In this document: one piece after another, positions 1 through 11,813 of the stretch
Layout of the letters: each line of letters starts with the position of its first letter
How positions within the stretch are numbered: position 1 is the first letter of the stretch
From: an uncultured Alphaproteobacteria bacterium
Lineage (GTDB): Bacteria > Pseudomonadota > Alphaproteobacteria > HIMB59 > GCA-002718135
Reading direction: 5' to 3'
DNA length: 64,000 nt
Assembly (NCBI GenBank): GCA_902518705.1
Contig: CABYHW010000001.1
Location: 16,798 to 80,797 of the forward strand
The notes under the pieces: model-generated
Databases searched by the model: none
Told to the model about the DNA's origin: nothing
What the model saw: the letters and a program-made list of their open reading frames with translations, nothing else
Position numbers and translations under genes: made by a program

Positions 1-130
1 CAATATTCAGCGTATTATTAGTGATATTAATCCGCATGGTGTAGATTTATCTTCAGGCGTTGAAAAAGAGCTTGGCATTAAAGATAATGGCATTATAAAT
101 AATTTTATCGAGAAGTTGAATAATGCTTAA
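1..130 (+). CDS. trpF: phosphoribosylanthranilate isomerase, C-terminal part (truncated by window edge)
   Basis: Frame 2 reads [28 protein letters not shown]...NNA*; GVDxSSGVE motif; overlaps trpB start. Confidence 0.9.
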   Translation, partial: NIQRIISDINPHGVDLSSGVEKELGIKDNGIINNFIEKLNNA

Positions 131-1331
131 AAATACATTCAAAAGTTATCCAAATGAAAAAGGGTATTTTGGTCAGTTTGGTGGAAGGTATGTTTCCGAA
201 ACTTTAATGCCTTTAATTCTTGAAGTAGAAAAAGAATATGAAAAAATAAAAAATGACAGAAATTTTGTTAATGAGTTTAATCATTATTTAAAAACATATG
301 TTGGAAGACCAAGCCCATTATTTTTAGCTGAAAGAATTACTAATGATCTTGGTGGTCCAAAAATTTATTTTAAAAGGGACGAATTAAACCATACAGGTGC
401 TCATAAAATTAATAATTGCATGGGTCAAATCTTACTAGCAAAAAAAATGGGTAAGACTAGAATCATAGCAGAAACAGGAGCAGGTCAACACGGTGTCGCA
501 ACAGCAACAGTGTGTGCTTTATTTGGATTACCTTGTATAGTTTATATGGGAGAAAAAGATATTGAAAGACAATCACCAAATGTCTTTAGGATGAAATTGT
601 TAGGTGCAGAAATACGATCTGTTAATACTGGTTCAAAATCACTCAAAGATGCTATGAATGAAGCACTTAGGGATTGGGTTACAAATGTTAAAGACACTTT
701 TTATATAATAGGTACAGCGGCAGGACCTCATCCATATCCAGCTATGGTGAGAGATTTTCAATCTGTTATTGGAAAAGAAGTACGTGAGCAGCTTGAAGAT
801 GCTGAAGGAAGATCACCAGATTTATTAATGGCTTGTATCGGTGGAGGTTCAAATGCCTTAGGGTTGTTTCATGAATTTTTAGATGATTCTAATGTTGAAA
901 TGATTGCTGTTGAAGCAGCTGGTCATGGTATCAATACTGATAAGCATGCGGCTAGTTTAACTGGTGGAAAACCAGGTGTATTGCATGGTAATAAAACCTA
1001 TTTGCTACAATCAAACACTGGGCAAATTCAAGAGGCTCATTCCATTTCTGCTGGTTTAGATTATCCAGGTATTGGTCCAGAACATTCATTTTTATTTGAA
1101 GAAAAAAGAGTGACATATATGTCAGCAACCGATAGAGAAGCACTAGAAGCATTTCAGTATTGTTGTAGAATAGAAGGTATAATTCCAGCTTTAGAACCAG
1201 CTCATGCATTAGCTGTATTGAAGAAAATAGCAAAAAACTATAGTAAAGATAAAATTGTTGTCATGAACATGTGTGGACGAGGTGATAAAGATATTTTTAC
1301 AATTGCTGATGAATTAAATATAAAGATTTAA
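123..1331 (+). CDS. trpB: tryptophan synthase beta chain
   Basis: [12 protein letters not shown]-lysine motif, [17 protein letters not shown]. Confidence 0.98.
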   Translation: MLKNTFKSYPNEKGYFGQFGGRYVSETLMPLILEVEKEYEKIKNDRNFVNEFNHYLKTYVGRPSPLFLAERITNDLGGPKIYFKRDELNHTGAHKINNCMGQILLAKKMGKTRIIAETGAGQHGVATATVCALFGLPCIVYMGEKDIERQSPNVFRMKLLGAEIRSVNTGSKSLKDAMNEALRDWVTNVKDTFYIIGTAAGPHPYPAMVRDFQSVIGKEVREQLEDAEGRSPDLLMACIGGGSNALGLFHEFLDDSNVEMIAVEAAGHGINTDKHAASLTGGKPGVLHGNKTYLLQSNTGQIQEAHSISAGLDYPGIGPEHSFLFEEKRVTYMSATDREALEAFQYCCRIEGIIPALEPAHALAVLKKIAKNYSKDKIVVMNMCGRGDKDIFTIADELNIKI

Positions 1332-2126
1332 ATGACTGATTTAATTAGTCAGGCATTTAAAAATAAAGAAAAAAAACTAGTAACATTTGTTACTGGAGGT
1401 GATCCTGATTTTGATACCAGTTTAGAAATTATTAAGACAATAATTAAAAATGGAGCTGATATTATGGAAATTGGAATGCCTTTTTCTGATCCAATGGCTG
1501 ATGGCCCAACAATTCAGCTTTCAAGTAATAGAGCAATTAGTAAAGGAATTAATTTAGAAAATATTTTCTCTTTAGCCGCCGAGGCAAAGAAAATTAAAGT
1601 TGATCTGCCTATTATTTTAATGGGTTACTACAACTTGATTTTATATTTTGGAATTGAGAAGTTTGTAAAAAGATGTAAAGAAAATGGTGTTGATGGTTTA
1701 ATTATTGTTGATCTACAACCTGAAGAAGATGAGGATTTGATCAATGAACTAAGAAACAACCAAATTGATCTTATTAGATTGATTACTCCTACAACTGATG
1801 AGGAAAGACTAAAATTGATATTAAACAATGCTAGTGGTTTTTTATATTATGTTAGTGTTATGGGAATTACTGGACAAAAATCTGCTGATTTAAATGATCT
1901 TGAAAAATCAGTGGCTTTTATCAAAAAACATACAAGCTTACCAGTTGTCCCTGGATTTGGTATTAAAAACTCAACCGATGTAAATAATATATGTAAAATA
2001 GCTGATGGTGCAGTTGTTGGCTCAAGTATAGTTAAAATTATTGAAGAAAATTTAACTAATAAAGAAGAAATGTTATCGAAAATTGATAAGTTTTCAAAAG
2101 ATCTGAAAAATGGAACTAGAGTATGA
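1332..2126 (+). CDS. trpA: tryptophan synthase alpha chain
   Basis: EIGMPFSDPMADGPTIQ, GFGI, ADGAVVGS motifs. Confidence 0.98.
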   Translation: MTDLISQAFKNKEKKLVTFVTGGDPDFDTSLEIIKTIIKNGADIMEIGMPFSDPMADGPTIQLSSNRAISKGINLENIFSLAAEAKKIKVDLPIILMGYYNLILYFGIEKFVKRCKENGVDGLIIVDLQPEEDEDLINELRNNQIDLIRLITPTTDEERLKLILNNASGFLYYVSVMGITGQKSADLNDLEKSVAFIKKHTSLPVVPGFGIKNSTDVNNICKIADGAVVGSSIVKIIEENLTNKEEMLSKIDKFSKDLKNGTRV

Positions 2127-2965
2127 ATTGGCTAACAAATTTTGTAAAACCCAAATTATCTTCACTTGTAAAAAGAAGAAATGTTCCAGAAAAGTTATGG
2201 AATAACTGCGTTTCATGTGGAAATATGATTCATCACAAAGATTTAAAAGAAAATTTATATGTTTGTGTAAATTGCAATTATCATTTTAGAATGTCTGCAG
2301 AAGATAGGATAAAATTGTTTTTCAAAGATGGTGATTATAGCGAAATTACCCCAGATAAAATCTCAGATGATCCACTGAAATTCACAGATAAAAAAAAATA
2401 TAAAGATAGATTAAAAGAATACAGAAAAAAAACAAATAGGGATGACGCTTTTATTCTTATAAAAGGAAAAATTAAAGACAAAGAAATTATCTCGGGACTA
2501 ATGAATTTTGAATTCATGGGAGGTTCTATGGGTAGAGCAGTTGGTGGAGCAATAGTTAAAGGTGCTAAAATTGCTATAGAAAACAAATTGCCTTATGTAA
2601 TTGTTACTTCTTCTGGTGGAGCAAGAATGCAGGAAGGAATTGTAAGCTTAATGCAAATGCCTAGAACAATTGCTGCTGTTGATCTGTTAAATGAAAACAA
2701 TATACCTTACATAGTTGTTCTTACTGAACCTACTACTGGTGGAGTAACAGCTTCTTTCGCTATGTTAGGCGATATAACAATAGCAGAAAAAGGCGCTACA
2801 ATTGGTTTCGCAGGTAAAAGAGTTATACAAGACACCATCAGAGAAGAATTACCTATAGATTTTCAAAAAGCTGAATATCTAAAAGATCATGGGATGGTAG
2901 ATATTGTTTCTCATAGAAAAGATCTTAAAGAAACTTTATACAAAGTATTAGATCATATAAGTTAA
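2123..2965 (+). CDS. accD: acetyl-CoA carboxylase carboxyltransferase beta subunit
   Basis: CxxC..CxxC Zn finger, FMGGSMG, SGGARMQEG, PTTGGVTAS. Confidence 0.97.
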   Translation: MNWLTNFVKPKLSSLVKRRNVPEKLWNNCVSCGNMIHHKDLKENLYVCVNCNYHFRMSAEDRIKLFFKDGDYSEITPDKISDDPLKFTDKKKYKDRLKEYRKKTNRDDAFILIKGKIKDKEIISGLMNFEFMGGSMGRAVGGAIVKGAKIAIENKLPYVIVTSSGGARMQEGIVSLMQMPRTIAAVDLLNENNIPYIVVLTEPTTGGVTASFAMLGDITIAEKGATIGFAGKRVIQDTIREELPIDFQKAEYLKDHGMVDIVSHRKDLKETLYKVLDHIS

Positions 2966-2968
2966 TAA

Positions 2969-4228
2969 GTGAAATCTAAAACAGAAAAGTTGTTAGATGA
3001 ACTGGTCAAACTGCACCCCAAATACATTGATCTTTCATTAGACAGATTAAAATTATTATTAAAAAAATTAGGTAATCCTGAAAATCATCTACCTAAAACT
3101 ATCCATATTGCTGGAACAAATGGAAAAGGCTCTGTACAAAGTTTTATAAGAAGTATTTTGTTGAAGAATGGGTATAAATGTGATGCATATATTTCGCCAC
3201 ATTTATCTAGGTTTAACGAAAGAATAATTTTAAATGATAAAGAAGTAAGTACCAAGAAACTGTTCGAAACTCTAAAATTTGTAAAAACAATAAATAATAA
3301 CAGACCAATAACTTTCTTTGAAATAACAACAGCCGCAGCATTCATATTGTTTAAACAATCAAAATCTGACTTTCTTATTTTAGAGACAGGATTAGGAGGT
3401 CGATTAGATGCAACTAATATAATACCAAAAAAGTTATGTAGTATTTTAACTCCAATTAGTTTTGATCATGAGGAATTTCTTGGAAAAACACTTAAGAAAA
3501 TTGCAAATGAAAAATTGGGTATAGTGAAGAATTGTAAGTTTGTGTTAGTTGGTAAACAAAAAAAAGAATTGAAAGATCACATCCAAAAAAAACTAAATAA
3601 ATTTGAAAATAAATATTTTTATGGAAAAGAATATCGAGTAACAAAATCATTAAAAAATAAATTTGAGATAAAAATAGATGGAAAAAAATATTTCTATACT
3701 CAACCTTCATTGAATGGAAAACATCAAGAAGAAAACGCATCAATATCTATATATTTTGCAAAAGTTATAAAAAATATGGGGTATGAATTAAATACAAAAA
3801 AGATTAATGCAGCGATAAAAAAAACTGTATGGCCAGGAAGATTGGAAGTTATTAATTATAAAAATAAAAAGATAATCCTTGATGGGTCACACAACATTGA
3901 TGGGGCTGAAAAACTAAATGAATTTTTAAAAGCTGAAAGAATAAAACCCATAGTCTTGTTTGGAATGTTAAATAATAAGAAAGCAAATTTATTTTTGAAT
4001 AAAATAAAAAAAAGAGTATCAAAAGTTTTAGCTATAGAAATTCCAAATGAAAAAAATTCATTTAAAACTAAACAAATAGATGAGATTTGTAATTTTCATT
4101 CTATTAAATGTGAGCAAATAAATAATATAAATGATGCTTTAAAATATTTTAGATCTAATCAACAAAAAATATATTTAATTACTGGTTCTTTATATTTGAT
4201 AGGGAAAATTAGAGAAAAACTATTATAA
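2969..4228 (+). CDS. folC: dihydrofolate synthase/folylpolyglutamate synthase
   Basis: HIAGTNGKGS, SPHL, ETGLGGRLDATN, WPGRLE, TGSLYLIG. Confidence 0.96.
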   Translation: MKSKTEKLLDELVKLHPKYIDLSLDRLKLLLKKLGNPENHLPKTIHIAGTNGKGSVQSFIRSILLKNGYKCDAYISPHLSRFNERIILNDKEVSTKKLFETLKFVKTINNNRPITFFEITTAAAFILFKQSKSDFLILETGLGGRLDATNIIPKKLCSILTPISFDHEEFLGKTLKKIANEKLGIVKNCKFVLVGKQKKELKDHIQKKLNKFENKYFYGKEYRVTKSLKNKFEIKIDGKKYFYTQPSLNGKHQEENASISIYFAKVIKNMGYELNTKKINAAIKKTVWPGRLEVINYKNKKIILDGSHNIDGAEKLNEFLKAERIKPIVLFGMLNNKKANLFLNKIKKRVSKVLAIEIPNEKNSFKTKQIDEICNFHSIKCEQINNINDALKYFRSNQQKIYLITGSLYLIGKIREKLL

Positions 4229-4543
4229 ATTGGATTGTATCCAATTTTCTAATGCTGTTTTAGGAAGACTGCCAACCTTAGTGTCGATTAAATCACCATT
4301 TTTAAAAATCATTATTGTAGGAATTCCCCTAATACCGTATTTTTGTGGTGTCATAGGGTTCTCATCAATGTTCATTTTATATATTTTAACTTTATCTTTA
4401 TTCTCAACAGCAATTTCTTCTAAAATTGGGTCAAGTACTTTACATGGACCGCACCATTCTGCACCAAAATCAACTACCACTGGAACGTCATTATTAGATA
4501 TATCTTTATCAAAAGTTTGATCGTTTGTTTTAAGAGTAGACAT
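4223..4543 (-). CDS. trxA: thioredoxin
   Basis: WCGPC active site, GIRGIPT. Confidence 0.97.
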   Translation of the reverse strand: MSTLKTNDQTFDKDISNNDVPVVVDFGAEWCGPCKVLDPILEEIAVENKDKVKIYKMNIDENPMTPQKYGIRGIPTIMIFKNGDLIDTKVGSLPKTALENWIQSNL

Positions 4544-4550
4544 AAATAAT

Positions 4551-4578
4551 ATGTAAGAAATATTTATCTATTATCAAG
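4551..4578 (-). promoter_or_regulatory. candidate RpoH (sigma32)-type promoter of trxA
   Basis: Minus strand CTTG-N17-CTTACAT, ending 7 nt before the ATG; resembles alphaproteobacterial CTTG-N17-CYTATNT. Confidence 0.45.
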
Positions 4579-4589
4579 CTAAATTAAAT

Positions 4590-5270
4590 CTAATTTTCTA
4601 AAATTGATTTTTTATCCCCAATATGTCTAATTTTAGAAGGAATTACATAACCTTTGATTTGATTTTTTTTTATTAATTTTTTCCAAATTTCATTCATTGG
4701 GAATATTTTTTTTCTTTTATTAAAGATATTTTTAGATACGATTTGAAGGCCAGAATAATACAATTTCTCATTTTTATTATTCCAATTTGTGACTACATTT
4801 CTTTTTAGATTAAAGTCTCCATTTTCTTTCTTTAAACCTAAAAAATTAATATCTTTAGATAACAACATTTTACAGTGAGATACATCTTGATAGTTACCAA
4901 GAAAATATTTGATATGTGATTTATTATTTTTAGTCCAAAAAATATCAGAATTAACAACACATATTTTTTTTCTATTTGTATAATTGAAAATATTTTTTAC
5001 TCCTCCCCCTGTACCAAGTATTTTTTTTTCATAGATAATCTGAATGGGATATTTTTTAAAATTTTTGTCCAAATACTTTTTAATTTTATTATGTAAATAA
5101 TGTGTATTTATTAAGATTTCATCACATCCAATATTAGTAAAGAAATCAACTGTGTTCTTTAATAATACTTTATTTTTATATTTTAAAAGAGGTTTTGGTG
5201 TACTGCGTGTCAAATTCAGCATTCTTGATCCAAAACCTGCGCATAAAATCATTAATGTAAAATTCTTCAT
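4590..5270 (-). CDS. murU: nucleotidyltransferase, MurU-like (MurNAc-1-P uridylyltransferase)
   Basis: MILCAGFGSRM..LT..TPKPLL, LGTGGG; follows the amgK-like gene. Confidence 0.75.
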   Translation of the reverse strand: MKNFTLMILCAGFGSRMLNLTRSTPKPLLKYKNKVLLKNTVDFFTNIGCDEILINTHYLHNKIKKYLDKNFKKYPIQIIYEKKILGTGGGVKNIFNYTNRKKICVVNSDIFWTKNNKSHIKYFLGNYQDVSHCKMLLSKDINFLGLKKENGDFNLKRNVVTNWNNKNEKLYYSGLQIVSKNIFNKRKKIFPMNEIWKKLIKKNQIKGYVIPSKIRHIGDKKSILEN

Positions 5271-5273
5271 GAA

Positions 5274-6191
5274 TTATAAATACTTTTCATACAATGATCT
5301 TAGTTCATAATTTTTAATATTATTCAATGTCACTATTGTTCTAGATTTAGTTATTTTTAAATATTTTAAGTATTTATTATCATTATTTGTGCTAATTAAT
5401 TTTCTCCATCTACCAAGTAATCGAGTCTGTCGAGCTAAACTTAAAACATAATATTGCTCCAGAAAAGTATTAAAATTTTCAATAATTGAAGTGTTATCAT
5501 AAAAATATTCAATTAATTTTTCATTGTAATCTCGTCTAAAATTAATTCTTGGATTTTCTAATAGTGATATTAGGTCCCATCCTATAAATCCCTTAAAAGC
5601 ACTTTGAAAATCAATAATTCCACATTTTAAATGTGATTCACAATTTTCTAAAAAAAATAAATTAACAAATTCAAAGTCTTTGTGAACAAAATTTTTCATA
5701 TTATAATTTTGAGAATAAAATATACTTTTCCATGATTCATAAAATTTTGAAGTTGGAAAATTTGAATTTTTGTTGTTAGGAATATAATAAGCAACAAACT
5801 CTTTAAGTTCATTTTTTAAATCTTCAAAGGTGTATTCTTTTAAATTTTTTAAATTATTTAAATGTGATTGATTTTGGATAACAATTATATTTTCTACAGC
5901 TAGTTTTAAAAGTTTATAAAGATTGTCTTTATTGTATATTTTATTAAATCTATTTTTTCCAAAATCTTGCATGTATATTTTATATTGCTTTTGATTAACT
6001 TCATATATTTTTGGAATTGATATATTAATCTTTTGTAATATTTCATAAACAGTAAGGAAATTTTTAAACTCTTGTTTATCTCTAGAAAAATCAATTATTA
6101 TTTTGGTATTCTCTTTTTCAGTAATTCTATAAATTAATTTGTTAGATAATCCGTCTTCAATTTTTTCTAAATCATTGTGATCAGAATTCAT
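5274..6191 (-). CDS. amgK: aminoglycoside-phosphotransferase-fold kinase, AmgK-like
   Basis: HKDF..NL and IIDFQSA kinase motifs; tsaE-amgK-murU order. Confidence 0.7.
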   Translation of the reverse strand: MNSDHNDLEKIEDGLSNKLIYRITEKENTKIIIDFSRDKQEFKNFLTVYEILQKINISIPKIYEVNQKQYKIYMQDFGKNRFNKIYNKDNLYKLLKLAVENIIVIQNQSHLNNLKNLKEYTFEDLKNELKEFVAYYIPNNKNSNFPTSKFYESWKSIFYSQNYNMKNFVHKDFEFVNLFFLENCESHLKCGIIDFQSAFKGFIGWDLISLLENPRINFRRDYNEKLIEYFYDNTSIIENFNTFLEQYYVLSLARQTRLLGRWRKLISTNNDNKYLKYLKITKSRTIVTLNNIKNYELRSLYEKYL

Positions 6192-6195
6192 TAGA

Positions 6196-6642
6196 CTATT
6201 GTTTAAAACAAATATTAATTTTTCTTTTAGTTTCCGAAATCATATCTAAATTTATTAAATAATGATTTTTGTTTAGCGGTAAACTAGTTAACATTTCAGG
6301 CCACTCTATAAATGTAATATTGTTATTTAAATTTTCAAAGAAATCTAATTCCTCTAACTCCTTTAGGCTCTTTACTCTATAAAGATCATAATGATAGATT
6401 TGTGATGAATTCAATTCATAGGTTATCAAAATAGGGAATGTTGGACTAGTAATGGAAGATGGTTTTGGTAAATTATTTAATACAAAAAGATTATTAATTA
6501 ATAATCGTATAAATGTTGTTTTACCAGCACCTAGCTCTCCTTGAAATAAGTAGATATCTCCAACAGATATGTCTTTACATAAATTAGTGGAGAGTTTTTC
6601 CAGTTTACGAAGATCTAAAATTTGATTACTTAATTTTTGCAA
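6196..6642 (-). CDS. tsaE: tRNA threonylcarbamoyladenosine biosynthesis ATPase
   Basis: GELGAGKTT, SPTF, HYDLYR, IEWPE. Confidence 0.95.
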   Translation of the reverse strand: MQKLSNQILDLRKLEKLSTNLCKDISVGDIYLFQGELGAGKTTFIRLLINNLFVLNNLPKPSSITSPTFPILITYELNSSQIYHYDLYRVKSLKELEELDFFENLNNNITFIEWPEMLTSLPLNKNHYLINLDMISETKRKINICFKQ

Positions 6643-6648
6643 ATTTTA

Positions 6649-7818
6649 TTATGCAATAGCTTTTAGAGCTTCAACTAAATCAGTTTTTTCCCAAGTAAAA
6701 TGTCCCTTGTCACTTGGTTCTCTACCAAAATGGCCATAAGCAGAAGTTGGAGCATAAATTGCATTTGTAAGTTTTAAATGTTCTCTTATTCCTCTTGGGC
6801 TTAGATCAAATAAATCTTGTACAGATTTTTCAATTTTCTGTTCATCAACTTTATTTGTTCCATTAGTATTAACATATACTGATAAAGGTTTTGATACTCC
6901 TATTGCATAAGATAGCTGTATAGTACACTCATCAGCTAGATCCGCTGCAACAACATTTTTTGCTAAGTACCTAGCTGCATATGCTGCAGATCTATCAACC
7001 TTAGATGGATCCTTTCCTGAAAATGCTCCTCCACCATGAGGCGCTGCACCACCATATGTATCAACTATTATTTTACGGCCAGTTAGACCAGAGTCGCCAT
7101 CAGGGCCTCCGATAACAAAATTTCCTGTAGGGTTAACATAGAATTCTTCATCTTTAAGACCATCTAACAAGTTATTAGGTATGCACTCATATACGTAAGG
7201 TTTAACAATTTCTTTTACGTCCTGAGGAGATAAACCTTCTTTGTGTTGTGAAGAAATAACTAAAGAAGTAACCTTGCTTGGTTTTCCGTTTTCGTAAAGC
7301 ATTGTAACTTGGCTTTTTGAATCAGGTTCTAAACCAGATGCAGATCCATCTTTACGGGCTTGTGCCATTTTATATAATATTTGATGAGAATAATGTATCG
7401 GTGCTGGCATTAATGATTCAGTGTCTTTACACGCAAAACCAAACATGATTCCTTGATCGCCTGCGCCCTCATCTTTATTGCTACCAGAATCAACACCCAT
7501 GGCAATATCTGCTGACTGCTCATGAAGAAAACTTTCAATATCACAATTCTGCCAATGAAAGCCATCTTGTTCATAACCAATATCTTTAATACAATCTCTA
7601 ACTTGAGATATAATCTGATCTTTAGAAACTGATGGTCCCCTAACTTCTCCAGCTAAAACTACTTTATTGGTGGTAGTCAAAGTCTCACAAGCTACGCGCG
7701 TTTGTGGATCACCAGAAGATAAATAAGTATCAACAACCATATCTGAAATTCTATCACAAACTTTATCTGGATGGCCTTCAGAAACTGATTCACTTGTAAA
7801 TAAATAAGATCTTTTCAT
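6649..7818 (-). CDS. metK: S-adenosylmethionine synthetase
   Basis: [28 protein letters not shown]. Confidence 0.98.
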   Translation of the reverse strand: MKRSYLFTSESVSEGHPDKVCDRISDMVVDTYLSSGDPQTRVACETLTTTNKVVLAGEVRGPSVSKDQIISQVRDCIKDIGYEQDGFHWQNCDIESFLHEQSADIAMGVDSGSNKDEGAGDQGIMFGFACKDTESLMPAPIHYSHQILYKMAQARKDGSASGLEPDSKSQVTMLYENGKPSKVTSLVISSQHKEGLSPQDVKEIVKPYVYECIPNNLLDGLKDEEFYVNPTGNFVIGGPDGDSGLTGRKIIVDTYGGAAPHGGGAFSGKDPSKVDRSAAYAARYLAKNVVAADLADECTIQLSYAIGVSKPLSVYVNTNGTNKVDEQKIEKSVQDLFDLSPRGIREHLKLTNAIYAPTSAYGHFGREPSDKGHFTWEKTDLVEALKAIA

Positions 7819-7826
7819 ATTAACTC

Positions 7827-10820
<2,994 letters not shown>

Positions 10821-10849
<29 letters not shown>

Positions 10850-11534
10850 ATCTTGTTCTTATTTGATCAAAAGAATTATCATAAGATCTGAATTTTTTTC
10901 TTAATCTTTTTATATGACTATCAATAGTCCTATCATCAACATATATTGAATCACCGTACATAGTGTCCATTAATTGATTTCTATCTTTTACTACTCCTGG
11001 ATACTGAGAAAGTGACTTAATTAAATTAAACTCTGCAACAGTAAGTTCAATTTCTATACCCTTCCAAAAACATAACTGCTTATCTTCATCTAGTATTAAA
11101 TCACCTCTTACAAAATTTTGTTTTTGAATATTATTATCTTTTTGTTCTTCGGTTCTATTGTTATGAATTCTTAGTACTGTTCTTACGCGTTCATTTAATA
11201 ATTTTTGTGAAAAAGGTTTTTTTATATAATCTGAAGCACCCATTCTTAATCCAATAATTTCATCTTGCTCATGATCTTTTGATGTTAAAAAAATGATTGG
11301 AAGATCTTTAAGTTTTTCAATCTTACTCGAACGTACTTTTGAGAGAAGTTCATTTCCATCCATTTTAGGCATTTTAATATCAAATAATCCCAAATCGTAA
11401 GATTTGCTTTTAAGAGCTTCAAAGGCTTCAACTCCGTTAAGAAATGTATCTACTGTAAATCCCTCACTTTCCAAAGAAAGAGATACTGATGTGAGAATCG
11501 ACTGCTCGTCGTCTACTAATGCTATCTTCACCAT
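10821..11534 (-). CDS. chvI: response regulator ChvI
   Basis: IALVDD, DIKMPKMDG, YVDDRTIDSHIKRLRKKF. Confidence 0.93.
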
Positions 11535-11676
11535 ATTGATTTTTATTAATAATTTATGGCAGATTTAAGTTCAAAGAAAAAAAGTCTCAGTTAACAAAAT
11601 GTGACTTAAGTTGATAAGTAAATGTAAATATTTCAATAACTTGTTTGCCTCATAAAAATATGAATTAAGTAAGGGA

Positions 11677-11704
11677 TTGACATGATAAAAAAAATATTTA
11701 TGTT
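11677..11704 (+). promoter_or_regulatory. candidate sigma70 promoter of nrdAB-grx
   Basis: TTGACA (11677-11682), 16 nt spacer, TATGTT (11699-11704). Confidence 0.55.
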
Positions 11705-11716
11705 CTTATTTTGTTC
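11702..11716 (+). promoter_or_regulatory. candidate alphaproteobacterial LexA (SOS) box
   Basis: Exact GTTC-N7-GTTC (GTTC TTATTTT GTTC) overlapping the predicted -10. Confidence 0.6.
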
Positions 11717-11759
11717 TTATTGCGATATTGAGCAAATGTTGTATTGTCCCTTTTCGGCG

Positions 11760-11775
11760 GCACTACATATTGTGT
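11760..11775 (+). promoter_or_regulatory. NrdR box
   Basis: gCACTACATATTGTGt matches the acaCwAtATaTwGtg consensus just upstream of nrdA; degenerate second copy 31 bp upstream (11729-11744). Confidence 0.75.
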
Positions 11776-11813
11776 TTTTCGACAATAATTTTTTAAAAAT
11801 GGATAGAATTTAA

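Noticed and set aside
11535-11676. CtrA box or ncRNA in the chvI-nrdA intergenic region
   Set aside because: The TTAA pair I checked (11591-11609) is spaced N11, not N7, and no stable GC-rich structure is visible.
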